Source: Paramecium tetraurelia (lineage: Eukaryota). From it: DNA of 64,000 nucleotides. Below the pieces are notes generated by a model. The model did not search any database. It saw nothing but the letters and a program-made list of their open reading frames with translations, and was not told the origin of the DNA. The stretch is from positions 1 to 64,000 of the forward strand of contig CT868655.1 of assembly GCA_000165425.1 (NCBI GenBank), read 5' to 3'. A program made the translations under genes and the position numbers. Shown here in pieces: positions 12,576-26,124 of this stretch (position 1 is the first letter of the stretch; each line of letters starts with the position of its first letter).

Positions 12576-13536
12576 TCACATTTAGATATATTTCCTTATT
12601 TTAATTTTCTAAGAATAATAATCCCAAGTAAATAAGTATTCTCCATTATCACTTGATGTTCCATAAATTTCTCATAATGAATCATCTTAAAAATATACTG
12701 ATTATATTTATTAAGCCTCATAGATGTCTGCAGATTCAAAGTTAAACTTTATTAGATTAAGATAAGGTCCATTTTTGCAAATTAGAATAGATTTTTTTGT
12801 AATATATCTTGATGGAAACAAACCATCAAAATTTTCACCCGTATTAGAAACTTAGTTTCTTTCTATTTGAGAAACTAGCCCTTTTCATGATTAAATACAT
12901 AAATTGAAAGATGAGATGTATTTGAATATTAGATAGCAAACATTTCATTGTGAATGAAACTAAGTCTATACCCAAATTTTTGGCTAATTATCTTCTGTTT
13001 TACAATCCATTGTTATAAATTTGTTAAGCAAATCACAAGGATGGATGAATTTAAAGAACAACATATTAATTAATTTCCACCTTAATTTATCCATAATGCG
13101 TATATCCATCCAGTCTCCTCTTTAATTGTCTACTAGCAAGACCATTAGAATGCAGTTTGCACCGCCGATAAAAAGAGATTTTCATCATTAGGGCGTATTG
13201 CTAAACGGAATATGGAGTGTGTATGACTTTTTAATTTCTGTTAGTATTTTGGTAAGGATAAGAGATTAGAAGACCAGATTATGATAGAAGAATCTATTCA
13301 TCTAGTAAAAAATTAATAATTCTTCTTGAAAAAATTATATTTGTAATGTATCTTCTGTAAGTCTAAAATAATTTAATAGTGTTGAGTGAGCCCTATTTAA
13401 ATTGAAATGCTTTTGCATAATTCAGTGAAGAAGTAATCAGTATCTTGTTAATCTAATGAAAAGCCATTATAGTGAAGTGCTCTTCGCTAAATGAATTCTC
13501 TAATTCATAAGTAGGTTAATTTTGATAATTTTTCAT
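12576..13536 (-). pseudogene. WD40-repeat pseudogene, same family as 8676-10142
   Basis: Fragments DSSIIIWSSNLLSLPKYQQKLKSHTHSIFRLAI and C-terminal SDNGEYLFTWDYYSQKIKIRKYIQM* resemble the neighbour's SQDGCYLINWD…LQIRKYKEL*. There is a frameshift and TGA near 13300 and an apparent internal deletion. Confidence 0.65.
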
Positions 13537-14137
13537 TTTAGCTTTTTATTGTGTTGAAATTTTTGTAATTAATTAATTAAATAACTCTTTTATTTTTACA
13601 AGATATAAATACATTTTACTCCACAACTAATGTACAATATGCATAAATTAATTTTCAATTTAATGGCTTCTTAATTTTAAGTCTTCCTTATAATTAATCG
13701 ATAAAAATTTTCATTTCTAAGTAAAATCTAATAGCATTCAATTAGAATCATGAATTTGAGAACAAAAAACACTTTTGATCATATTCGATTTCAATTTTTA
13801 GGATATATAATTATTTGAATATCAATTATTATTATATATGTAGCTTTCAGGCCATTCTAATTTGTAATTTTATTAGAAAATGTTTCAATTTTTTGATGCA
13901 AAACAACCTTAAAACTTGTTTTGATGAATTTACCTTCTTTGATAAGTCAGAATAGAGATTATAAATGAAAGATCTAATAGAATTTTAATAGTGTTTGAAT
14001 TGGATTATGTTGAAATTAAATAAATTAGAATACTCGCGCCCAAGAGTTAGTGCATAACTCAACATTTGCTAATTGAAATTAATTAATTAAAAAAATATTT
14101 TAATCTAATCAATTATTAATATATTTATAGGTATAAA

Positions 14138-16457
14138 ATGGATGATTTTGATTTTTTATGTAATTATGATGGACATGATGAGGAGGAGATAATTGGATTT
14201 TGTTTAAATAAAAGTTGCCAATAAGTTACGTAATTCTGTTTGAAATGTTGTTGGGAAAAACACGGAGATCATGAGGATGATTGCAAAACATTCAAACAAA
14301 TATAAAAATTATTGTAAAATAATAAACAATAATAAATTGGACAAAGTGATGATGTGAACAATAAATTAAAATCTATATAATAGATATGTGAATAATTAAG
14401 TCAATCAAAAAATATTGGGTATGAAAAACTAGATGAAATAGAAAAGTATTTAAAGTAAAAGGAATATAAAAGTTGTTTAGGTAATATAAAATTCTTAAAG
14501 AATATCCAAGATGCAAATTAATCGAATTAATGTAAACTAATATTAGTATATTAATTAGAATTGATATTAGAATAGTTGGATAATGTTCTATAAACTTTAA
14601 ATACATTAGGATAACAATAAATACCTAATTAAATAACATCATAATCAGAAAACACTAAAAACATTTAAAAGGCTGAAACGAAAGGTAATCTTATTAATTT
14701 ATCAAATTAGATTAGGAAATTTAAGTTAATATCATTAAATAAGAGGATGAAATAAATAAGAAATAAACTTAAGAATCCCTATAGCCAAAGGAAAAGTTAG
14801 TACCAGTTTCCTTTGGAAATTAACAAATAAATCTGTGCAACAATGATTAAATGCCTAGAGCCAATTCATATTAATCAACTCTTTAAGAATTTTATTCAGA
14901 CCAAACATCATAATTAGTAAATCCGTGCCAAACACTAAATAACTAAAATCCTATTTAATAAAACTCCAAATCTTAATAACCATCTTTGTAAGTTCCTGCA
15001 ACTTCAGTTCCTTAAATTCCAACAAATGATATGTAATTTAGCTCATAATAGATGCCTTAATTTTTATGTATTGTTTTCTTCGATTATAACCATAGAATAA
15101 AGCATGTAGCAAGGATAAATCTAATAAAAGAGTAATAGCTCTCAGTCTTAATAGAAAAAATAAAAATTTGAAGAATAACTCAATAGAGAAATTAGCAAAA
15201 ACCCTGAGTAATTTTAATTTAAATTTAAGGTATTAAAACATGCCTCAACCATTAATAAAACTCACAGATCAAGAATGGGAAAAGTATAAAACTGTTATTT
15301 AAAGTGCATAACATTCCAGTAAGAATATGAAATGAGCATTAGATAAGAATTTTGTTTTGGAGGCTGAAGTGGCTACTTATAATGATGATGAATTAGAAAA
15401 GGTGTTAGAGTAGTGTGATAAATTTCTTGAGTATGATCCACTAAATTTTGAGAAACATTTGTTGAAAGGTTAAATATTATATCCTCATTGTGTTAGGTTA
15501 AACATTAATCAAGGCCAAAAAGTATATAGAAGCCCTTGAATAGAGTGAATTCATCATGGATATGAATCCAAACAATTATCAACCGTATATTTTAAAAGGT
15601 TTGGCATTAAATCAATTAAAGAGATATGAAGAAGCTTTACATAATTATTGCATATCGATTTAAATTGAACCCATTTTTGAAGCGTATTTTTTATAAGGTA
15701 AACGCTTAACTAACATATATCAGGAATATCCTTAATGGCTATTAATTAGCTTGATGATGCAATTGCATCCTTTGAAAATTCTATTAGAATGCGTCCAGAT
15801 ATAGAATTAGGCTATTATCACATGGGTTGTTAACATTTATAAAATTATAGGTCTTGCTTTAATGCGTAAAGAGAAGTATGATTAAGCAATTAAATACTTT
15901 GAAATTGCCCTAAGAATTGCTCCAAAATATGATTAAGCCCTAAAATAAAAAAGTAATTCTCACCTTAAAATTTTAGACTTATGTTTACGGGAACTAGAAG
16001 AACGATAAAAAGCTATCCAAAAGTCAGACGCTTCAATTCAAAGAGCTGAAAGTGAGGAAGTTATCTATTTTAAAAAAGGTTATTCTTAATTGATTACTGT
16101 AGGATTGGAATTGTTTAAGGAATAGAAGTATAATGCAGCATTACCTTAATTTGAAAAGGCTATATAAATTAATAACTAAATGCATGAAGCTCATGTCTAT
16201 AAGGGTAATTAAAATTCTAATTTTTCAGGTGAAACACTAAACCAATTAGGAAGACTAATCGAGGCGGTAAAATCTTTTGACGAAGGACTAAAGATACAAC
16301 CTAGACCATAATATATGATAAAAAAAGGTTTTAATATTTTTTCAATTTTAAAGCTGATACATTAAAAGAAATGAATAATAATGAGGAAGCTCAAATGCTT
16401 TATCAAAAAGCTTAATCAATTATTTCTAAAGAATAGTAAAATCCATTATGGAAATGA
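14138..16457 (+). CDS. Zn-module + Q/P-rich linker + TPR-repeat protein
   Basis: N-terminus MDDFDFLCNYDGHDEEEIIGFCLNKSCQQVTQFCLKCCWEKHGDH. C-terminal TPRs (e.g. GLALMRKEKYDQAIKYFEIALRIAPKYDQALKQK) lie on 102-nt exons 15724-15825, 15851-15952 and 16103-16204. Confidence 0.85.
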
Positions 16458-16778
16458 AAATTTCAAAATTATTTTAAATATATTTATAATGTGTAAAATA
16501 ATCTGATTGTCTTCTAGTTCTTTTCAAATGAATTATAATAATTGTATTAATAAGAAAAGATACATTTTATAAAAAAGTATTATATTATCCAATACAAAAT
16601 TATTCAGTTTGTTTAATCATTTTGAAGCTTCTTGATTTTTGTAAAAGATTTTTTATATCTGTAAGTAAATAACTTTTGTTAGAAAAATTTGATATTTCAC
16701 TTATTTGACTGAAAAGTTGGATTTAGGAATTTTCTCACTATTAAATAATCCATTTTATATTTAACGAAATTTTGTACA

Positions 16779-19450
16779 ATGATATTAAAATTAACAAATT
16801 TAAGAAAAATGCAATAGATTGAGGATGACTTAATTGAAGATGAAGATGTTTTGTATTAAATGTCATAATAAATTATTTCAATCTAATTGAATGAAATACC
16901 TTGTATTAGAGTATTTAATTTTTATATTAAACCTAACATGTTTTTATTATGTAATTTAACTATGATTATACAGTATAGAAAGAGAAATCAACCTAAAAAT
17001 TAATATTATTTTTAGGATTTTAGCATGACACTTTTGATTAATTTTATAGCCACTTTATAGATAAAAAATGCCTCCAAGATAATGCATTTTTCAAGATTAT
17101 TTTGATAAGCAAAAAACAAAATTAGCAATCTTGCTTTCTCATAAATAGTCCATACTCTCTAAAGAAATGCACTGATTTTGATTAAGATTTAGATTAAAAA
17201 ATAATGCTATTTTCTTCTAAAATTAATTTAGAATAAATTTTGGATAATTTTCATGAATATAAAGTTCATCTTGTTGTAAATGGTAAGGAATTATTAGGAA
17301 ATGATTAATAAGAGATACTTTAAAATTTTATCGATAAATAATTATTGTAATTTGGAAAAATCTAATTAAAAAAATAGTACATCTCAATCATCTTTTAAGA
17401 AAAAGTAAACACATTTTCTCTCATCATTGTGAAAGATCTAAAATCTTTGAATTTAATAGATTTATAATTCTTATCAATTGAATTAATCTTAAATACAATA
17501 TTCAAAAATGTTTCCTTTTTTGAGTTTAAGATTTCATAGAATCCCATAGAAGTTAATTATGGTGAAATGAGTTGTCATATGATGAGATAACAAGAAAAAT
17601 TATTAAAAATAGTAAATAACAAAATAGAAAAGCTTTGGATATAATTGTTGAATTTACAATAAATACCTAAAATTGATGAGTGTTATGGATTGTAATTATC
17701 TTTAGGAAAGTACTTAGAGTAGCTTAATGGAATCCTAAATCTATATTTGAAACCAAAATTGTCGGTTTTATGGAAAATTATATATAAAATAAATTAAATA
17801 ACTATGACTTTTGGAAATGCTATTAATAAAGAGTTGGTAAAATTGAATTAATCGCCTTAATTAGAATAATTTTTGAAAATAAAAAATATAGAATTTAAAG
17901 ATCTCAGTATTAAAACTCAATTATTTGACATAAATTAATTGAAAGATGTTAATGAATTTTTTACAAAATATCATAAATATGAATATGATAATGTTATTCT
18001 AGTATCAATTTAGAATTTTGCAATTATTGTAGATTTTTGGAATAAATATTTCAAAAATAACTTAGTGCACAAACTTTTTCAATTGAATCAAATAGGGAAG
18101 AATGTTTAAACTCTACCATAATAGGATTATGAGACAGGAGTCTTCTTATTCGGAAAAAGTAGAGTAGGAAAGAGTACTCTAATAAACTTGATTTAAAACC
18201 CTTAAAGTCTTACTATAAAAAAAGAAATAAATGAATAATGTTATGTCCTTAAAGAAGGGATTAAAACATAATTTAAGATTGATCATGGGTGTATGAGTGA
18301 GACTTAGGCAATTTCGGGTATGGAAATAGATGGTGTTTGGTATTTTGATTGTCCTGGGTTTGATGATAATTTATCTGAGTATAACCGTATTGCTCACAGA
18401 ATTAATTTATACAATTATTTAAAGAAGGCAAAAAAAGTAATTGGTTTTTTAGTTGTGGATGGATCTATAAAAGATGCTTAAATTATTAAAGATACTATTA
18501 ACCCACTTTACGAATTAATGGAAGATAAAAACTAGTTATTATAAGAACATGAAAAATGGCTTTCTTTAATTTTGGTTAAAATTAAGAAAAATGCAAGAGA
18601 GAATTGTATCAAATATTGGGAATAGGCCTATCGTGGATAATTGGATGGTAATTATAGTATTTTTAGATAAATGTATGAAAATAATAATTAATGCGTTGAA
18701 TTTTATAAGGCAAAAAAAAAATTTTTAAATGATGGTGAATAATTTGAAAAACTGAAAAATAATACTAGATAAAAAATAATCGATATAGTTCAAAGATAAT
18801 TGTAGAACAAAGAATTTAAAGTTTAATTTTAGTTGATGATGGAGAACAAATTGTTTTATTTAGTTCAAGATGGAATTGCGATGCTTATCATTAAAGTTTA
18901 GCATATTATGTTAATTTTTAAAAACTAATTCAATCATTATATTTTAGAAAATTAAAGTGATGTTTCATAAAAATAAAAGATTATTAAATAGCTAGAACCC
19001 ATTCTAAAAGAAGATATTAATTAAAATAATTTAGATGTTACTCTACTTAAATTATAACGTTGGTGTCAACAATTAATTGGACATGAAATTAGTTTTTTTT
19101 TCTTGGATTAACTTATTTCAGATGCTACATCTTACCTGAAAATTCTATTTTATACAAAAAATAGTAATATAGCCCCATTCAATATAAATACAGAAATAAT
19201 CAGAAAGAACCTGGAAATCGCAATTGATATAATTAATTAAATTGAGACAAGCGATTAGAATTTGATTAGAATAGGAATGATATCTCTGATACATGTTGTA
19301 TCTTCAGTGCAACAATTATTATTTGAATCTGTATTAATAAATTAAGGTCAGATGTCTGTAGAATAGCGTGTTGATAAATTCAAAAATAGAGTATTAAAAT
19401 TAAAATATGAATTGCATTTGGAATCATAAGCAAGGAATGAAAGAATTTGA
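16779..19450 (+). CDS. Large P-loop GTPase (AIG1/GIMAP/septin-like TRAFAC G domain) with helical flanks; 5' structure uncertain
   Basis: G1 GKSRVGKST at 18152-18178, G2-like SET, and G3 YFDCPGFDD near 18347. Long open frame in the ciliate code from about 17520 to TGA at 19448-19450. Confidence 0.7.
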
Positions 19451-20069
19451 TTTAAATCAATAATATTTTTAACAATTATTAATGATATTTATTCACATTC
19501 TGGTTGGTCTCTTCCTGTATTAATAAAGTTTAATCCAATATTCTCATTATCAAAGGCTCTGTAGGTTAAATTTTGAAGATAATAGTCCGCTTTTAAGAAC
19601 TTTTTTAGAATCATGTTATCTTATATACAAATATTGAGATTAATTTATATAATTATATAAGACATCAATAAACTTAAATCAATTTTAAATTAAATAAATA
19701 GCTATAGTTGAATATCTCATTAATCCATTAAAAAAACTAAGAATTTGTAGAAAGAATCAAACTTGAATTTTCAAATTATTCAAATAAATAAATGAATAAG
19801 ATAAAATATAATCAAAAGGGCCAAGATTGGGTTTGGAATATTTAACTATATCTAAATTAATTTTAATCAAACCAGAATTCAGACTCATTATAAAACAGAT
19901 CATACAGAATTGAGCAAATACGACTGAAATTTATCTTGAAGTAAACCATTCTTAAGTATTGGAGTTAGTAACATAGAAAGTAAGAATAATAATAATAAAA
20001 TTAATAAAAATTTATGATAAGAGAATATCTATTATTCTTCGATATTTCTAAAATTATTTCATTATACAA

Positions 20070-23000
20070 TCATTATTGTTAGCTTTTTCTCATTAGATGT
20101 TATGTTTGCTTAAGTAAATTCATTATTGTGTCTTATTTTTTAATTTTTTTTTTCTTCATAAAATTATGTTTTAAATAAAGTTCGTTTTTAGATAGCTAAA
20201 GTCGATTATAAAATAATACCTAAAGCATAACTTGGGAAATATTATTGTGTGGGTAATAACATTTAAATTCCTTTATTATCTCAAAATCTTTAAATAATTC
20301 AAGATACTATCCTCTGATTAGTTTTTATCCATTAATATCTTCATCTGAAGAATCATCAGAAGTTACTTTAATCACTAATGCTCTTTGAATATTTTAAGCT
20401 TGAAGCTCCTTACTTTCTTTAGTATTTGTAAGGACTGTTTATTGTCTATCTCTCTACTGTAGTATCAATTCCTCTTTCTATTTAATCTTCTCAAACTAGA
20501 TCATCATACTTTATTCAATTGGTTTAAACTCTTATTATGGAAAATGATAAACTTATTTATCAGTAAATCTTTAATTATTTCTCAAGATTTCTTCTTCTAA
20601 ATATTAATTTGTTAAATTATTTTCATCTTCAGAATTATCTTTATCAAATATCTTATTGTACATTTTATTGGCTAATTACTTTTTAATATTGTCTTAATTC
20701 TAATTAATTTCTTAATCTTTTTAATTATAATCAGAGTTAGGTTTAATATTGCTATTCTTAATAGAACGTTGGCTTTTTGAATTTTCCAAATCAAAAGATA
20801 ATTCATCTAATTTATTCGACTTATTATATTGAATTTCTTATGCCTTTTCATTGTGTATTATATAATCTTAGATGCTCTACTTTCTCTTAATCGGCAGTGG
20901 CCCTAACGAACTTTTTTTGTATTATTGAGATGCAATTAATTAATTATTAAATGCCTAGAATTTAGGTCTTTTTTCAACATTATCATCCCTTTCCGTAAAC
21001 AATCTTTTATATTGATTTTATCTGTGTCTTATGGTATCACCTTAATCTGTTTCTTTTCTTTCGAATTTCGATCTGATAGAATTCCTTTTCTTTGCCATTC
21101 TTTATTGTGTTTGTTTAGTATCTGTGTTATGATGAGAAGGTAGAATAGATTTCTATTACTTCCCAAGTTAAAGCAATTGTTCACTAATATTATTTTTCAT
21201 CTGATCTCTCATCCTTAGTTTATGGTTCATCCAAGTAAGGTTACATTTTCTGATTGTTAAAGATATTAAATAATCTATAGTCTTAGGATTAACTCAAAAN
21301 NNNNNGTAGTGTACGCAAACTCAAAAACCTGTAAGCATCGTTCTCTCCTCAATAATCTATAGTCTTATGATTTACTCAAAATTCCAACTTAACTAACTTC
21401 TTCTGTAGGCCATTCTTGATTCTATGTAAGACCATGATCTTAAACAGTATTATGATTCTGAATATTGCGAAGAGATTCATGAGATATACAATTTACTGAA
21501 GTTGGTATATTTGGTATCTACTTAGTGAATTAGTTTGATAGATTATTAGATATTTTTTCATCATATTGTTATTATTATTTAATGGCTACTTGCAATTCTA
21601 GGTTGTATATAATATTTACATTCTTTAATTCCCTCAAGATTGCAGATCTCTTCATTTTTTATTATATATTATATTACACTTTCCATAACAAGGAAGTGAT
21701 GTTTCTTTGTAGATATTCTTCTATCTTCATTATTCCTTAAAGTAAAATTTCTATATTAAGGTAGATTATGTCTCAGTTGATATAATACTTTCGTTCTGCT
21801 TATACCTCCAAAAAGAAGTGGACAATCAAGGACAAAATGTTTTGATTTTTTACAAATTGAACATGTAATTGAAATTTTGCCGTATTATTTTTGTATTCTA
21901 ATATCCTCTTCAAAGTTTTTAAAGGTTTCCTTTGATATAAAGAATATCATACATAATCAATTTAATTCTATTTGATATTTTCAATCAAATGTTCTCTATC
22001 AATGGCTAATACCTTTGTATTTTTAGTGGCAATTGCCTCATATTTGTATTCTGTATTGAGAATAAAATTGAGTTGACCAACCAAACAGGGAGTCTTTAAT
22101 TTTTCGAGGATTCTTTTTTTTTTATTAACAATCACACGCAAATCGATTTTTCCATTAACTAATATGTAGAGCTTCTCTGCTCTCTAATTGGATTTAAATA
22201 GATATTCATCTGGTTATAATTAGATTTCTTTGAATTTTAGACAAAGTGTATTCAATAAAGAATTACTAAATTACTTAAATAAATCTAATTATTTTAGTAA
22301 TTTAATATTTATATCCACAATCATTTGATCTTTTAATTATTATGGAATTTATTCTTGAAATTGAATTACTTCTTATGAAGGTTTGCTCCAAAAATATTCA
22401 AAATATCGTCTGAACTTGGTTTGCAATGAAGCTGATACTTTCTGATTTTTCAAGAATTTATTTAAACTATTCATGTTTGTTTTAAATTACACAGATTATT
22501 TAGACATATCCTAAAATATTTATCCTATACTATTGACTGAATAAGCGAAGGTTGCCGTTGATATCAAAGTCATTATTATACAGAATAGTCTTTCAGTTAA
22601 ATTTACTGGAATGATATCACCATAACCAATAGTTGTCATAGTAACGATACTCCAATAAAATGAAACTACATATCTATCAACCCACATTGAATTGTATAGT
22701 TATTCTTTTATCAACCAAGTTACTGTATTTTTATCTCCCCAATCTCCCCAAACTCCTAATTTATGCCAGATGCAAGCTGAGAAATGAGCACACAATAGTA
22801 TAAAAAAGCTCTAATATTAATGTTATATTACATCAGTTTAATTAATTCGAAAACAGTTGTTTGTTCTTATGTCAATTCCAAACGATTGAATAAAGAGTTA
22901 GTTAATTTTGATATTTGGAATACTTTCAAGATTATAACGAGGTCTAAGTATATAAAAGAGAATTGTCTTCCAATAAAAAATGGTATGATTAGTACCAAAT

Positions 23001-23667
23001 CAATTAGAAACTCTCTTTTTAGGTATCTCTTTATTAATCTCTTCCTATTTTTGATCAGTACTCCTTTACTATAAATACAGGTATTAAACTTAATGATGAT
23101 TTCTAATAAGAATGAATAGCTGGGCAGTTATTCAAAAATGAAATCCTTTAGAACCCAATCCATTTCAACAATTTCCACAAATGATAATCGCAACGAAACA
23201 TAAAATACATTAATTGTGACTACACACAATAGATATATATTCCAAATTATAATTATTGTGTCATCAGGTTCTAACAATATAAACTACATGATTCTCTTTA
23301 GATAATTCCTTCTGTAATCTATTTTAATAAAAGTTATTACATTGCAAGAAGTTAACTTTTTGGTCAAATTTAATCAAAAACGATTATGCTTTGACTTGTT
23401 TAAAATAGCCTCTATGTAAATAATAATTGTAATCTGAAGTGTTATCCTTAAGCAATTTGAAAAATTGACGATTCAGTAATTTAAAGGAAGTAGTAAACGT
23501 TTATTTCGTAATCGCTTAAATAAATTTTAGAACGATAATAATGATATTGAATCCATTAAGTTTCCAAGTGTTATTGAGTTAATTTTAAGAGAATTATCTT
23601 TTGAATAGATTCTGACTCTATTTTTGAAATTAAGTGTCAATTCTCTCTGAATTTTATTATTCCTCAT
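20070..23667 (-). CDS. Voltage-gated/cyclic-nucleotide-binding K+ channel (EAG/HCN-like ciliate family) with zinc knuckle and long C-tail
   Basis: Pore SFYWSIVTMTTIGYGDIIP near 22615-22665, S1-S6 helices, a cNMP-binding region, CSICKKSKHFVLDCP near 21820-21865, and a C-terminal EFKCYYPHNNI motif. Interrupted by the assembly gap at 21300. Confidence 0.85.
21270..21380. other. Assembly gap (6 N) with duplicated flank
   Basis: AATAATCTATAGTCTTA(G/T)GATT(A/T)ACTCAAAA occurs on both sides of the Ns, separated by about 45 nt of unrelated sequence. Confidence 0.8.
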
Positions 23668-23714
23668 ATTATTATGAAATATTCATAATTTATATATTTA
23701 TATTTTATATCATT

Positions 23715-26056
23715 TCAAGGTAAAAAGTTATCTTCTACCCCATCCTAGAATTACTCATCATCAATATTTTGTCGAACATTCGTTTTAGGAGGTGGTTGTT
23801 TATTCCCACGTCTATTATAATATTATGATCAAAAATACCTAGTATTATTAGTAAAACTAACAGGATTATCATCTCCTTAAGGCAATCTAACCTATTCCTC
23901 TTCATTATTGATTAAATTGATGTCTTGTCCTTGATATCCATCCATCATTTCCATTTCCCTCTCTAGCTTTCTCAATTATCCAGCATATTCCTCGTATGGT
24001 TATCCCATTTCTCTACATAATTAAACTAAAAATCTGAGACCTGAATAAATAAATACAAATTTATACATTCGATATTATCCGGATAATCTGAATATATCTT
24101 TTGGTAATTTCCCAAGGCCTTTTAGAAATGCCCCATCCTTCGATAACAACTTGCAACCATCAATTTCCATTTCACATCTCTTGACTAAACTTATGCTGCT
24201 CTCTCAAAGTATAAACTAGCCTTTTCATACATTTCCTATTTCACATAATACACTCCCAACCATGAGATGGTTTCGATGTTAGTAGGTAAGATTCTATATG
24301 ATTCTTAGAAATAATGTAAGGCTTAAGGTTCGTCATCTTCCTAATAAACTTTTAATTGACATTCATACTCTTGCAAATAAGGATCCCAGTCTAGCCAAGA
24401 TATTGGGATCATTTGGTACTTTATTCATCACTTCCAAATACCATTTCATGGCTTATTTCGAATTGCCTGTCATTTCATATAATGTAGCCATCTGATACAG
24501 AACTTCAGGAATACAAACAATAGTTTAGAGTTTATCTAATGCTTATAGTGATTCCACAAACATATTCAATTTTCTATTGACATATGCTAAATTGTAGAGT
24601 GCTTCAATACAATCAGCCTCTACCCCAATTGCTTCTAAGTACTATTCTTTGGCTCTTAAGAATTCATTTTTAACATAAAGACAATTACCTCTATTGACTA
24701 GAGCTTTGGCATTGTATCTATCATATGTGATGGCAATTTCAGCATATTTCTCAGCTTATTTGTAATCATTTTCTAAGAAATACAAAAATGAAATATTTGT
24801 TGCTATTCTTGCCATAATCTATTTATCCTTCTTTTCAAATCCTTTCAAAGTTTCAATAGATTTTTCAATGTTCTTCTTTTTCAAAAATGCCATAGCTTTA
24901 CAAATTTCAATTTCAGTTTCAGCTTCTGGGAAATGTTGAATTCTTTAACTACTCTAAAATCCATTCGTATCCAAATAATGATATCATCCTCAATCAATGG
25001 AGCAATCAATTTAGCTGATGTAACTATGTAATAAATGGCTTCCCTTCTTCTTTCCTTAGTATCTTCTCTTAATTTATCTGTAATAGTGGTACCCTTATTT
25101 TCATTATTCTCTTCTTCATTCTCTCCTGGTATTTCAATTGTGAGTAAGGTAACAAAATAATCCTTCATTTTAGTCTTATTTCCACTTAAATATAAACAAA
25201 TCATCAGATTAAAGCCTGTTGGGAAATCAGGAGAACTCTTAAGGATTTATTCATATGTTGTGATAGCCTCGTTAATTTTGTCTTTGCCAATTCGTACTTA
25301 AGCTTGGCCTATGTTTTTTTATACTTTGAATCTCATCTCTTTAGAAGTAGCAGGTATTAAATCTAACGCCATTTTATACATTTTGATTGCAGTAGGAATA
25401 CTTCTTTTATTCAAAATAGATGTTGCCCATATTAACTCTTAATCTTCCTGCTTGAGGGTATTATTTACATTTTATAATTTCTTGATATTTGGTTAGAGCA
25501 TCTTAATGTAATCCATTTGCATGTAAAGCACATGCTTAGGTTAGGGCTGCACAATAGCTGAGATCAGTATTGATTGATTCAGCTAAATTTTATGCTTCCT
25601 TGGATTGTCTTAACTTTTTCTCCTTATTGAATGCTTCTTTGGCTTTTTCTAAACATTCAGATAAATTTCCCCTCAATTTAGCCATGGCACTCTGTTCTAT
25701 GAGATTATTAATCTCTTTTTCTATTGATTTAAATTATTCTTCAGGATTAGTTTCAAGTTTTGGTTTATTCAAATTTAATTGATTCTGGGTGGAATTGAAA
25801 GGGTCCTTCTTCTATCCAAAATTAGCTCCTCTATTAGAAGTCATAGGTCTAGCTTCTGCTTGAGGTTATCTAGCTGCTGTTCCAATAGGTTTTCCTCTGG
25901 AAGGTTATGGTCCACCAGGTGCAGGTTGTTATGCCTAATGTCATAAGGATGATGAATTACTCTAACATTTTCGAAGTTGTAATTATTGACAGGTGGTTTT
26001 CCTTAATTGAAATTATTACCACTCATACCAAAAGCACCATATTGGGATGAATTCAT
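23715..26056 (-). CDS. IFT88: Intraflagellar transport protein 88 (TPR protein)
   Basis: EARPMTSNRGANFG, RLRVNMGNIYFE, YDRYNAKALVNRGN, CIEALYNLA, PNDPNILARLG, TISWLGVYY, EPDNIEC-LRFL. Two apparent +1 frameshifts near 24930 and 24974. Confidence 0.93.
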
Positions 26057-26124
26057 ATTATATTATTTAAATTTTATAATTATATGCTATACTGTATTTA
26101 TATTATATATATACAATTATATCA

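Noticed and set aside
21270..21380. Direct repeat with a short foreign insert inside the channel gene
   Set aside because: It is adjacent to Ns with mismatched copies, consistent with a low-quality read end or vector remnant.
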